Assembly: GCA_030390025.1 (NCBI GenBank)
Contig: JASTWF010000342.1
Coordinates: 124,001-188,000, forward strand
Direction: 5' to 3'
Length of the DNA: 64,000 bases
Source: Squalus acanthias
Lineage: Eukaryota
Shown: positions 50,095 through 61,683 of the stretch, piece by piece
Numbering within the stretch: the first letter of the stretch is position 1
Layout of the letters: each line of letters starts with the position of its first letter
Notes under the pieces: model-generated
What the model was told of the DNA's origin: nothing
What the model saw: only the letters and a program-made list of their open reading frames with translations
Databases searched by the model: none
Position numbers and translations under genes: made by a program

Positions 50095-52773
50095 ATGACC
50101 ACTATCGACACCACAAACTGCCGGCTCAAAGTGGAGAGAATCGCCAAGAAGATCGCGCATATCGACACCGACATCAAGTATCTACAGAGATGCAAGAAAG
50201 CAGACAAGATCCCGAAAGGACTACAGATCACGAACCCACTCAAGTCGACATACAACACAGACTACGCTGAGAGACTCTGCCGTCGTACCTCTCGCACACT
50301 CCTCAACCATCTCGTACACCAGCTCTACAGCAAACGCCACAACCTCGAAACCAAGATAGAGTCCATGCTCTCAGCCTGTGCTCAGGACACAGCAGACCAG
50401 TTACGAGACACCACCAAACAGACGAGGCAACGGAACTACGCTGCCTACATGCGCATCAAGAACAGGAAGCTTGAGAAACTCGGCATCACCACCAGCAGCA
50501 ACCAAGCCTCCCCCGGTACCATGGTTGCAACCACAGGGAAGTCCATCGTCAACCTGTCGGACCACACCCTTCAACCAGACGAAATCGAAGTTCTCGCCCT
50601 AGGGCTCAAGTTCTGCCCAACCACCAAAATGGACCCCATCGGTCTCGCGGCAGACACGGAGGAATTCATCAGGAGAATGAGGCTCCGGGAATACTTCCAC
50701 AAATCCCAAGATGTCAGCAACAAACCCAATGAGACAATCAATGATCCAGAACAGCAGACAGAGGGACTCGCAGTGCAGCAACCGAAGAAAAAAGAGTCAA
50801 ACTGGACCCCTCCGGAGGGTCGCTGCCCCAAGCTTGACATGTATGCTCAAGCTGTCAGGAAATGCATCAACGCCAGATTCATCAGCCGCACTCACAAGAC
50901 AGTCCAGAATGTCACCCGAGCACAACGCAACGCCATCCACGCTCTCAAGACCAACCGCAACATTGTCATCAAACCAGCGGACAAAGGAGGAGCCATCGTC
51001 ATACAGAACAGAACGGACTATTGTAAAGAAGCATACCGACAACTGGACAACCAGGAACACTACAGACAGCTACCCGCAGATCCGACCAAAGAACACACCC
51101 GCCAACTCAATAGACTGATCAAGACCTTCGATCCAGACCTTCAAAACATCCTACGCGCTCTCATCCCACGTACTCCCCGCGTGGGAGACTTCTACTGCCT
51201 CCCAAAGATACACAAAGCCAACACACCCGGACGTCCTATCGTATCAGGCAATGGAACCCTGTGTGAGAACCTCTCTGGATACGTCGAGGGCATTCTGAAA
51301 CCCATCGTACAGGGAACCCCCAGCTTCTGTCGCGACACTACAGACTTCTTACAGAAACTCAGCACCCACGGACCAGTTGAACCAGGAACACTCCTTGCCA
51401 CGATGGACGTATCGGCACTCTACACCAGTATCCCCCACGATGACGGCATCGCTGCAACAGCCTCAGTACTCAACATCAACAACAGCCAATCTCCAGACGC
51501 CATCCTACAACTCATCCGCTTCATCCTTGACCACAATGTCTTCACCTTCGACAACCATTTTTTTACCCAAACACACGGAACAGCCATGGGGACCAAATTC
51601 GCACCCCAATACGCCAACATCTTCATGCATAAGTTCGAGCAAGACTTCTTCGCTGCACAGGACCTCCAGCCAACGCTGTACACCAGATACATCGACGACA
51701 TTTTCTTCCTTTGGACCCATGGCGAAGGATCACTGAAAAGACTACACGATAACATAAACAAGTTCCATCCCACCATCAAACTCACCATGGACTACTCCTC
51801 AGAATCGGTCTCATTCCTGGACACACGAATCTCCATCAAAGACGGACACCTCAGCACTTCACTCTACCGCAAGCCCACGGACAACCTCACGATGCTCCAC
51901 TTCTCCAGCTTCCACCCTAACCATGTTAAAGAAGCCATCCCCTATGGACAAGCCCTGCGAATACACAGGATCTGCTCAGACGAGGAGGAACGCGATGGAC
52001 ACCTACGGACGCTGAAAAACGCCCTCGTAAGAACGGGATATGACGCTCGACTCATCGATCGACAGTTCCGACGGGCCACAGCGAAAAATCGCATAGACCT
52101 CCTCAGAAGGCAAACACGGGACACAACCAACAGGGTACCCTACGTCGTCCAGTACTTCCCCGGAGCGGAGAAACTACGACATGTTCTTCGCAGCCTTCAA
52201 CATGTCATCGATGACGACAAACACCTCGCTAAGGCCATCCCCACGCCTCCACTACTTGCCTTCAAACAGCCGCCTAACCTCAGAAGTACCATCGTTCGCA
52301 GCAAATTACCCAGCTTTCAGGATAACAGCGACCACGACACCACACAACCCTGCCATGGCAAACTCTGCAAGACATGCCAGATCATCAACACAGATACCAC
52401 CATCACACGTGAGGACACTACCCACCAGGTACATGGTACATACTCATGTGACTCGGCCAACGTTGTCTACCTCATACGTTGCAGGAAAGAATGCACCGCG
52501 GCATGGTACATCGGCGAGACCATGCAGACACTGAGACAACGTATGAACGAGCACCGCGCAACAATCGCCAGGCAGGATTGTTACCTCCCAGTCGGGGAAC
52601 ACTTCAGCAGTCAAGGACATTCAGCCTCGGATCTGCGGGTAAGCGTTCTCCAAGGCAACCTTAGAAACACACGACAACGCAAAATCATCGAGCAGAAACT
52701 GATAGCCAAGTTCCGCACTCATGAAGACGGTCTCAATCGGGATCTTGGGTTTATGTCACGATACATGACGTGA
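50095..52773 (+). CDS. Penelope-like reverse transcriptase + GIY-YIG endonuclease, 892 aa, uninterrupted
   Basis: IKPADKGG, YCLPKIHK, PGRPIVS, MDVSALYTSIP, GTAMGTKFAPQYA, RYIDD, CHGKLCKTC, NVVYLIRC..YIGET..R..EH, GLN; first ATG at 50095. Confidence 0.97.
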   Translation: MTTIDTTNCRLKVERIAKKIAHIDTDIKYLQRCKKADKIPKGLQITNPLKSTYNTDYAERLCRRTSRTLLNHLVHQLYSKRHNLETKIESMLSACAQDTADQLRDTTKQTRQRNYAAYMRIKNRKLEKLGITTSSNQASPGTMVATTGKSIVNLSDHTLQPDEIEVLALGLKFCPTTKMDPIGLAADTEEFIRRMRLREYFHKSQDVSNKPNETINDPEQQTEGLAVQQPKKKESNWTPPEGRCPKLDMYAQAVRKCINARFISRTHKTVQNVTRAQRNAIHALKTNRNIVIKPADKGGAIVIQNRTDYCKEAYRQLDNQEHYRQLPADPTKEHTRQLNRLIKTFDPDLQNILRALIPRTPRVGDFYCLPKIHKANTPGRPIVSGNGTLCENLSGYVEGILKPIVQGTPSFCRDTTDFLQKLSTHGPVEPGTLLATMDVSALYTSIPHDDGIAATASVLNINNSQSPDAILQLIRFILDHNVFTFDNHFFTQTHGTAMGTKFAPQYANIFMHKFEQDFFAAQDLQPTLYTRYIDDIFFLWTHGEGSLKRLHDNINKFHPTIKLTMDYSSESVSFLDTRISIKDGHLSTSLYRKPTDNLTMLHFSSFHPNHVKEAIPYGQALRIHRICSDEEERDGHLRTLKNALVRTGYDARLIDRQFRRATAKNRIDLLRRQTRDTTNRVPYVVQYFPGAEKLRHVLRSLQHVIDDDKHLAKAIPTPPLLAFKQPPNLRSTIVRSKLPSFQDNSDHDTTQPCHGKLCKTCQIINTDTTITREDTTHQVHGTYSCDSANVVYLIRCRKECTAAWYIGETMQTLRQRMNEHRATIARQDCYLPVGEHFSSQGHSASDLRVSVLQGNLRNTRQRKIIEQKLIAKFRTHEDGLNRDLGFMSRYMT

Positions 52774-53190
52774 TCCGGACTCGAGTCGTCGTTAGCTTGT
52801 TCACAGATGTGATTCCCAGTAAAAAAGTAAAAATTTTCCCAGTAAAAAAGTAAATTTTTTTTAAAGCTTTTCGTTTTACATACAGACGGCAGCTTTTGAC
52901 ACGTTGGAACCCCTGCGACTACACCTCATTGTCTCAGTTGTATCTTGCTATGTCTTTTGATGTGGTACCTTCCTGGCTGACTTAATTAACTTTATCACAC
53001 CTCGGCAGATAGTCAGGATGATTTAATTTATTGGTCTGCAATTGTAAAGTACACATGCTTTTTTTTCCATCTATATATGCTCTGGCGATTCTGTATCCAA
53101 TTTACTTCACCTGAGGAAGGAGTGATAGCTCCGAAAGCTTGTGATTTCAAATAAAACTGTTGGACTATAACCTGGTGTTGTGCGACCTCT
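52614..53190 (+). repeat. Downstream pseudo-LTR
   Basis: Copy of 49477-50053. Confidence 0.95.
53107..53144 (+). ncRNA. Minimal type I hammerhead ribozyme (P2 downstream pLTR)
   Basis: Identical to 49970-50007. Confidence 0.85.
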
Positions 53191-53258
53191 AATTTTTAGA
53201 CCATGCTCCCCAGTCCTAGACTCCTCAACCAGCAGAAATAGTTTCTCTCTATCTACCA

Positions 53259-53637
53259 TAGAATCATAGAAGATAGGAGCAGGAGTAGGCCATTCGGCCC
53301 CTCTAGCCTGCTCCGCCATTCAATGCGATCATGGCTGATCATCCAAATTCAGTACCCTGTTCCTGCTTTCTCCCCATATCCCTTGATCCCTTTAGCCTTA
53401 AGAAATATATCCAACTCCTTCTTGAATCTATTTAATGAATTGGCCTCTACTGCCTTCTGTGGCAGAGAATTCCACAGGTTCACCACTCTCTGGGTGAAGA
53501 AATTCCTCCTCATCTCTGTCCTAAATGGCTTACCCCTTATCCTTAGACTGTGACCCCTGGTTCTGGACTCCCCGACCATCGGGAACATCCTTCCTGCATG
53601 TAGTTTGTCCTGTCCTGTCAGAATTTTATAAGTTTCA
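53259..53637 (-). mobile_element. Young CR1 3' fragment
   Basis: MFPMVGESRTRGHSLR..KGYGEKAG; tail at 53259-53270. Confidence 0.92.
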
Positions 53638-53737
53638 ATACCCTATTAGTTCCCCTTAATAACATACCCTATTAGTTCCCCTTAATATCTTGAAAACTTC
53701 GATCAAATCAACCCTTAACCATCTAAATTCCAGGGGA

Positions 53738-54888
53738 GCAAAGTTAAAGCACATGAGATTGGGGGTAATGTGTTGACGTGGATTGAGAACTGGTTGGCAC
53801 ACAGGAAACAAAGAGTAGGAGTAAATGGGTACTTTTCAGAATGGCAGGCAGTGACCAGCGGGGTACCGCAGGGTTCGGTGCTGGGACCCCAGCTGTTTAC
53901 ATTATATATTAATGATTTGGACGAAGGGATTAAATGTAATATCTCCAAATTTGCGGATGACACTAAATTGGGAGGCAGTGTGAACAATGAGGAGGATGCT
54001 AGGAGGCTACAGAGTGACTTGGACAGGTTGGGTGAATGGGCAAATGTATGGCAGATGAAGTACAATGTGGATAAATGTGAGGTTATCCACTTTGGTGGTA
54101 AAAATAGAGAGGCAGACTATTACCTGAATGGTGGCAGATTAGGGAAAGGGGACGTGCAACGAGACCTGGGCGTCATGGTACATCAGTCACTGAAGGTGGG
54201 AATGCAAGTGCAGCAGGCAGTCAAGAAAGCAAACGGAATGATGGCCTTCATAGCAAGGGGATTTGAGTACAGGAGTAGGGAGGTGATGCTACAGTTGTAC
54301 AGGGCCTTGGTGAGGCCACACCTGGAGTATTGTGCGCAGTTTTGGTCTCCTAACTTAAGGAAGGACATTCTTGCTATTGAGGGAGTGCAGCGAAGGTTCA
54401 CTAGATTGATTCCTGGGATGGCCGGACTGACATATCAAGAAAGATTGGGTCAACTGAACTTGTATCCTCTGGAGTTCAGAAGAATGAGGGGGGATCTTAT
54501 AGAGACATTTAAAATCCTGACTGGTTTAGACAAATTAGATGCGGGCAGAATGTTCCCAATGGTAGGGAAAACTAGAACCAGGGGTCACAGTCTAAGGATT
54601 AAGGGGAAGCCATTTAGGACTGAGCTGAGGAGGAACTTCTTCACCCAGAGAGTGGTGAATCTATGGAATTCTCTTCCACAGAAGGTTGTTGAGGCCAGTT
54701 CGCTAAATATATTCAAAAGGGAGTTAGATATAACACTCACAACTAAGGGGATCAAGGGGTATGGCGAGAAAGCAGGAATGGGGTACTGAGGTAGCATGTT
54801 CAGCCATGAACGCATTGAATGGCGGTGCAGGCTCGAAGGACCGAATGGTCTACTCCTGTACCTATTTTCTATGTTTCTATGTTTCTAT
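53738..54888 (+). mobile_element. Young 5'-truncated CR1, reading frame still open (53770-54789)
   Basis: [32 protein letters not shown]; (TTTCTATG)n tail. Confidence 0.95.
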
Positions 54889-54909
54889 GGAATACAACCC
54901 TTCTACAGC

Positions 54910-55640
54910 AACACATGAAAATAATCTAGTAAACAGCAGCCAGTGTGGATTCATTTGTGCAAAATCGAGCCTCACCCGGGAATGGATAAGAAAGTGACTG
55001 AACGACAGGAAGCAGCTGGCACTCATTATAGGCATCATGTCAGTGTGGCGGAAGTGCTGAGGAGGGTACCCCCGAGGTCGGTGTTGGTACCTCGACTCTT
55101 TCTAATTTACATTAATGACTTGAGTTCAGAAGCTCAGTGCAAATTGGTCAAATTTGCAGATAATATCAAACTAGGATGGGTAGTTGATTCAGAGGAAGGA
55201 GCTTGGAAACTACCAAAATGAGCTGGAGAATATATGAAAGTAGATGGAACAATGGCAGATGAATTTGTATAAGGACAATTGTAAATAACTGCACATAGGA
55301 AGAAAAATAGACAACACATTACTCCATGTTGAAAAAGCGAAGGATAAATTTGAAAGAGATCTAGGTTTTTAGTAGATTGGACACTCAATATGCCAATCAT
55401 TGTAGATCAACAGTCAACAAAGTTAATGGAATGCTGAAGTATAAACCTGTAGTGTAGATGTCAAAGAAAGTCATGCTCGAACTGTACCGTGCTCTGGCCA
55501 GAGCACACCTTGAGTACTGTGTTCAATTCTAGTCACCAAAACATAAGGGAGACATTCAAGCCCCAGAGGAGGTCCAGAGAAGAGCCTTGAGACAGATCAC
55601 CAGTGTCAAAAGACGATGAAGACAGACTGGAGAAATCCAA
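54910..55640 (+). mobile_element. Old degenerate CR1 (resumes ~57370-57600)
   Basis: LFLIYINDL..KFADNIKLG; later KFFFTQQVFNRWNEL. Confidence 0.75.
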
Positions 55641-55685
55641 AGTCGTGGCTGAGAGGATGTCTTGCAATGGTATATTAGACAGTAG

Positions 55686-57353
55686 GGTGGCAAAATTTGG
55701 TTGGTTAGCGCCTCCTGTTAGTTCCTCCGGGGGGGGTGGTGGCGCTAACGGGGTGCTAACAACTTACTGCCCGAGCGCAGTGGTTTTAGCACCAACCGTG
55801 AAATTGACCTGGCAGTTTGCGGTGGCGCTAAACACTACCACCACGCTCTCCTGCGCCCGGAGATTGTGACATCATCCAAGCACGCAATGCCCCAGTAGCA
55901 CCCCGGACCGGAAATTGATTCTCCCCCCCAGCCCGCCTCAGCGCCTGGCGCTAGGAACAACAGGTAGAGGACGGTGGTTTTCAGTCGGCTGGGAGCTGGG
56001 GTAGCTCTATTTAAAGGCGCGCGCCTCCCGCTTTTTCCTGTCGGCAATCAATTTTGCATACGCAGGTTGAGAGAGGGAGAGAAATGTCTGGAGACATTTA
56101 ACGCTATCCTAGGAGTTTTGTTCATCAGCAAGACTTTTCAGGTTCCCATTTCTGTAAGCTTTATTACTACCACATTTAGAAGATTTAATGGGGGCTGTAC
56201 TAGCACGGGAGGGCACAAATGCTCTCTACAAAAGGAGAAGGGAGTACAGCTCATTCCCCATGACCCGAGACAAACAGTGTGAACGTGCATGTGGCTTCGT
56301 TAGGATAGCGGGCTTCCCCATGTTTCAGGGCACCATTGACTGCATGCATGTGGCATTGCGGGCACCTCATGAAAATGCAGAGGTTTTCCGCAATCACAAA
56401 GGCTTCCAGTCTCTGAACGTGCAGTTGTGTGTGACTACAGACAGCGCATCCTCGCTGTCAATGCCGCTATCCTGGCAGCAGCCACGATGTATTCATCCTG
56501 CGCCAGACTGGTGTCCGAGCGCTGTTCCACCCACCACATCAACCTCATGGCTGGCTCCTCAGGGACAAGGGTTATCTACTCTGCACCTGGCTGATGACAC
56601 CGCTCCATAACCCCAACACTCCTGCTGAGCTCACATGCAATGAGAGCCATAGCGCAACTAGGAACCTCATTGAACAGACGATCAATGTGCTGAAGCAATG
56701 CTTTCGGTGTCTTGACCATTCTGGAGGAGCCCTGCAGTACTCCCCCGATCGAGTATCGGTTTTCATTGTTGTGTGCTGCATGCTTCACAACCTCACCATT
56801 CTGAGGACCCAGCCATTGCCACCAGGGATTAGTGGACCACCTCAGGAGGAGGAAGAGGGATAGGAGAAAGAGGAGGTGGAGGAGGAGGATGAAGAGGAGG
56901 AGGAGCAACAACAACGTGGGAGGGAGGCACTCAATGTTGCTTCTGCAAGGGCCGTTCGTGAACGCCTCATAAGACAGCGCTTCTGATGAATGACAAAGAA
57001 GATGACTTTTGGGATCAACAAGCACATCATTACAGCCATCCTGCAGCCCTTATTACCGGGCAAAGTTGGTGCAGCATGATGGACCCTCCCCTTTAAGAGC
57101 TGGAAGGCGCCAGTATATCTGAGTACAAGGTAATTGACATCACATGAGCTTGAGTAGCGCTCTGAGGTAGCGCCCCATTCCCCGACTTTAGCACCCTAAG
57201 AGAAGTGTGTAGCACTTGATTTAGCGCTCCAATCACCTCCAGGGGCGCTGGAGACGAATTTCCCGGTCACCGGCGATAATTTGCGGCGGGCGCTAAATTT
57301 TGCGCCCGGTCGATATTAGCGCCCCAAAATGGTCGATACCGAATTTTTCCGCC
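55686..57353. mobile_element. Internally deleted Harbinger (H4, H1 family, inverted) with transposase remnant 56188-56986 (+)
   Basis: TIR GGTGGCAAAATT / AATTTTTCCGCC; flanks TAG/TAA; GFPMFQGTIDCMHV, CCMLHN; no Myb gene. Confidence 0.88.
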
Positions 57354-58969
57354 TAAATTTTATTAAAAAAAAGGAAGATCCAGAACATTACTTCAGAATC
57401 GGACAAGAACACATAAGTGCAAATAATAGAAAGAAATTCAAGATTAATATTTGGAAGTTCTTTTTCACACAGCAAGTGTTCAATAGATGGAATGAACTTT
57501 CAGATAGAGTAGTGGAGGTGAAAACTTTGGAATTGTTTAAATGTCATGATGGTGGGTGTGTGGGAGAGAACTGTAGGATGTTTCTGGATGGATGAGCTAA
57601 GATGCGTTCCTATATTTATATTTTACGGGAAACCAGAAGTAAAAGAAAGGATCCAAAATACCAGAAAGTGATTGAAAAGAATGAAATAAAAAATGTAAAA
57701 AGAAGCAACAGAGAAATAGGGGCAAACCCATAGAGGAACCTAAGGGAATATAAAGCAGATACGCTGCAAAGTGTTTTAAAAATTTTGATGTTGAGCTGAG
57801 TTTTGGAAGGCCTGTGCCATGTGAGAAGCTCCCATTTCAAAGTTGTTACTTTCATTTACAACCTAATATATAATCAGATTTCAAAATATACTGAGAGTAA
57901 AGCATGCTAAAGCTGTATTGATTCCAGTGCCTGACTTTACCTCATACCTTCTAAGTGTATTTTTGTTGTAGTTAGAAATGAGAATATCACTGTGGAGACT
58001 GGTGTTACAATTAGTAGTGATGTTGGTTCATTACCTAGTATCAGAAATTATGGCATTTTACTTCTTGTTAATACTTAGTTTTAATTGCGGAGATTATTAT
58101 CGTTTTGGGAAACTATTAACTTATAATTTAAAAAAATGTTGAGTGGAAGTTTGTAGGCTAAATAGCTAAATAGATTGCAATAATCAATACTTGAACACCT
58201 AGTTATATATTTATTGAATATAGTTATTTAAACTTAAGGCACTTTTGCCATAATGAAATGCCATAGACTGCAGATGTGTGGATTTCTTGTGTTGTTGGTG
58301 AAATTCCTGAACATAAACAACGACAATGGAGATTCACTTTTGGCTTCACTCACCCAGGTTTCAAGCTGTAATGTGAAAAAGCCGGAACACGTATGGTTCA
58401 TTGTCAGATTAATTCTTTTATTTCTAGCTGTAAAGCTTTGAAAGATTGACCACCCCTGCAATAAATGAAAATTAATCTACTCTTCAGCATGAGGCATGTA
58501 CCTCATGTTCATAATTGATAGTAAGAACTAAGGATAGTGGCTATAACATAAAGTTAATGAATTTCTAGTGGAAACTCATAATTAAAATCTCTTACTAATG
58601 TAGGAGAGTGCAATAGGGAGAAGCAAAAAAAAGGGTTTTGCAGTTTTCTGAGATAACCTTTGTCATTCATATCAGTTAAGACATGAGCATGTAATAACAA
58701 GGAAAGAAAGAACAATGGGATAGAAAGATTGGGTCATCTCGGTAAATTAGAGATTCATTTTTATTACCTTACCTGAGAAATAAGTTCAAGACTTGAAGTT
58801 GTGCTGATATTGGATTTCACGACATGTGATGAGCTGCTGCACTGTCGTGATTATATATCCTGCTGGAATTGATTTCTGCCTAGACACAACACTTCAGTGC
58901 TGAAGGGCAGCTAAGTGATTTATCTGTGAACTTATAAACGTGACTTTTAGCCAAGGAATGCTTTGTAAA

Positions 58970-59280
58970 AATCACAGAATTTTACAACACGAGTCCATTC
59001 AGCCTATTCTGCCTGTGCCAGCTCTCTGCAAAAGATAACCACTAAACCCCATTCTGCTACCCTTTCCTTACACTGGTTTTTCAATTATTTATCAATTTCT
59101 CTTGTAAAAGCTGTTATGGATCCAGTTTTCACCACTGTTTCTGGTCGGGCATTCCGTGTTCTGACTATCCTTTGCATAAAGAAAATTCTTCTAACCTCTC
59201 CCTTCTTTCTTTTTGTAACAATCTTAAATTTGTGCCCTTTGGTTACCAGTTCACCAACCAGTGGAATACAGTTTTTTCTC
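58970..59280 (-). mobile_element. Old CR1 3' fragment
   Basis: VTKGHKFKI..VRRIFFMQRIV. Confidence 0.75.
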
Positions 59281-59646
59281 ACCAGGAATTTCCTGGGGGG
59301 AAAGGGTTTCTCCGATTAACCGCCATAACTTTGGTGAAAGATTGGCAGAAACCCAGATAGATACGAAAACAGGGTTACGTCAAAGTTACAGCGGCTGACT
59401 GGGAAATTCCCAGTGACTGTTGACCTCATCAAAATCCATCACCATTTTAAATAACTCTGTGACAAAAAGGAAGTATTTTTGACTAATTTTGGTTTGTGGT
59501 GACTGTTCATGTAAATCTGAATGGCTCTAGTTAAAAATGTTGTACCAAACTTAAATCAATACAGTGCTGTGAGGCTTCATTTGGTTTCTCTCCATAGTTA
59601 CTGGCTTGAGATAGGGACCAAACCATATAATTCAAACTGAAACAAT

Positions 59647-60549
59647 GAGCTGGATCTTACTGGAGCAGGCCATCTCGTGGCGCACGGTGTTAGTTAGACT
59701 TTTTCTGCAGCCTTCAGTTCGATTTTTTTTTGCGCCGTACTTTACTGGAAGTGTGAGTTGATAATGGCGTGGCAAGGATCAATGGGGTATTTATTTTTAT
59801 TTATTCACAGGATGTGGCCATCACTAGCAATGCCTACTTTTATTGCCCAACCCTAATTGCCCTTGAAAAAGTGATGGTGAGCCACCTTCTTGAACCGCTG
59901 CAGTCTGTTTGGTGAAGGTATCTGAGACCTTAGTGAATGGTGGGACTAACAGTGTATCTCCTTAACCAATGAGATTTCAGGACTGGTAAAGAAATAGAGG
60001 AATGACAGAGAAGGAGGGTGCATTACAGTGGGTAAATTAGATTCAAATTAGGTACAGAAAGATAAATAAAGAGAGGGAAAGAAAGTTTGGATTAAGAGAA
60101 AGAGAAAAAAAGAGATAGAAAGGAAAAGTGAGAAAAACAATTATATTTGACATTTAAAAAATCTCTAACAACAATTGATTACCTACAGGAATGAGATTGA
60201 ACCGTTTAAATTGTTCCCTTTCTGGGCCAGAGAGGTTGATTGGCATTGCATTAACAATTATCATGTTGTTAAAAAGGTACGCTGTTAAATTCCAGCTCTA
60301 ACTTTCTGCGCTGAGTTTAATGGGTAACTAATGTGCAAATCCAGTAAGTTACTAAAAATAATGGGGAGGCTAAGGGCGAGATGCTGTTTGTGCAAAGCAA
60401 ACAGCGGAGCGGTGTAAATCAACCAGCAAGCTCTGGAGACTCGCAACTCACAGCATATCTCTTAATCTCCTGAATTTACTGGTCGAGTTGCGCATTAATA
60501 ATGACGTGCATCAGTAACACAACATTATTTTTCCAGCAAGATCCAACTC
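59647..60549. mobile_element. MITE (probably Harbinger-type) containing a LINE tail fragment at ~59790-59920
   Basis: TIR GAGCTGGATCTTACTGGA / TCCAGCAAGATCCAACTC (16/18 match). Confidence 0.7.
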
Positions 60550-61269
60550 ATTGTTGTGTCATTCATTCCATTTGTTTGTGAATGACAGTTCCTTTTTAAA
60601 TTTGAGTGGCGAGTTATTCCAAATCTAGGAAGTCCCAGTAACTGTTTTCAGGGATATTTAAATTGCAGACGGATTTGAGTTGAGCTGGTGAAGTTAACAG
60701 AGTTGGTTTCGTATTCTCCAGAAAACATTATATATAGATAAATATATTCATTGGCTCACTTTTTGTAAATAAAATCTTCTTAATAATTGAAACTTAAAAC
60801 AAGACCCAGTGTTATCATGCTCTTCTATCATTTACCAAAGACTGGAGAAAGCTCCTGTGGGAGTATAGTATAATTCCAGTAGGTAAAACTTTCTTAAGCA
60901 AAGCTATCACTGTCGGCCATCCCTTCTGTTCCCTCAGGTCTGAGGGGCATAAACTCAAGTGTATCTGGTGCATAACTGGCCTAATGATTAATTTGCTGAT
61001 CTGGCGTGATTACAGCAAGCACCGTCCTGCTTAGCTCTCCTCAGCCAAAACCAGCCACTATTCAAGAACCATCCCAGAGCACAAAAATGACCCCAGGCTC
61101 CAATTTTCTACAACCTAACCGAAGAGGTATGGTAATGTAATAGTTGTGTTTCTGGACTCGTATTTCAAAGAATACGAGTTCAAATCCCACCATGGCAGTT
61201 TAAGAATGTTCCCAACTTACCTGGACTCAAGCCAGTGTGGAAAAAAACGGACGTTTCCAAAGGGCTGCC

Positions 61270-61683
61270 TATAGAGTTATACAGCACAGAAAGAGGCCCT
61301 TCAGCCCATCGTGTCCGCGCCGGCCATCAAGCCCTGTCAATTCTAATCCCATTTTCCAGCACTTGGTCCATAGCCTTGTATGCTATGGCGTTTCAAGTGC
61401 TCATCTAAATGCTTCTTGAATGTTGTGAGGGTTCCTGCCTCTACCACCCTTTCAGGCAGTGAGTTCCAGATTCCAACCACCCTCTGGGTGAAAAAGTTTT
61501 TCCTCAAATCCCCTCTAAACCTCCTGCCCCTTACCTTGAAACTATGCCCCCTGGTTATTGACCCCTCTACTAAAGGGGAAAAGTTCCTTTCTATCTACCC
61601 TATCTATAGCCCTCATAATTTTGTACAACTCAATCAGGTCCCCCCTCAGCCTTCTCTGCTCTAAGGAAAACAACCCCAGCCTT
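61270..61683 (-). mobile_element. CR1 3' fragment
   Basis: Homologous to 13172-13585. Confidence 0.85.

Larger units (their letters stand above)
49479..53190 (+). mobile_element. Intact young Penelope-like element (P2) with direct pseudo-LTRs
   Basis: Direct repeats 49477-50053 and 52614-53190; single ORF; TSD CTCTAATTTTTAG. Confidence 0.97.

Noticed and set aside
50095..52773. Telomerase, group II intron or bacterial retron RT
   Set aside because: C-terminal GIY-YIG domain, pLTRs and hammerheads identify a Penelope-like element.
59280..59415. Small inverted-repeat element (CACCAGGAATTTCC / GGAAATTCCCAGTG)
   Set aside because: Probably a MITE, but I cannot fix its boundaries or TSD.
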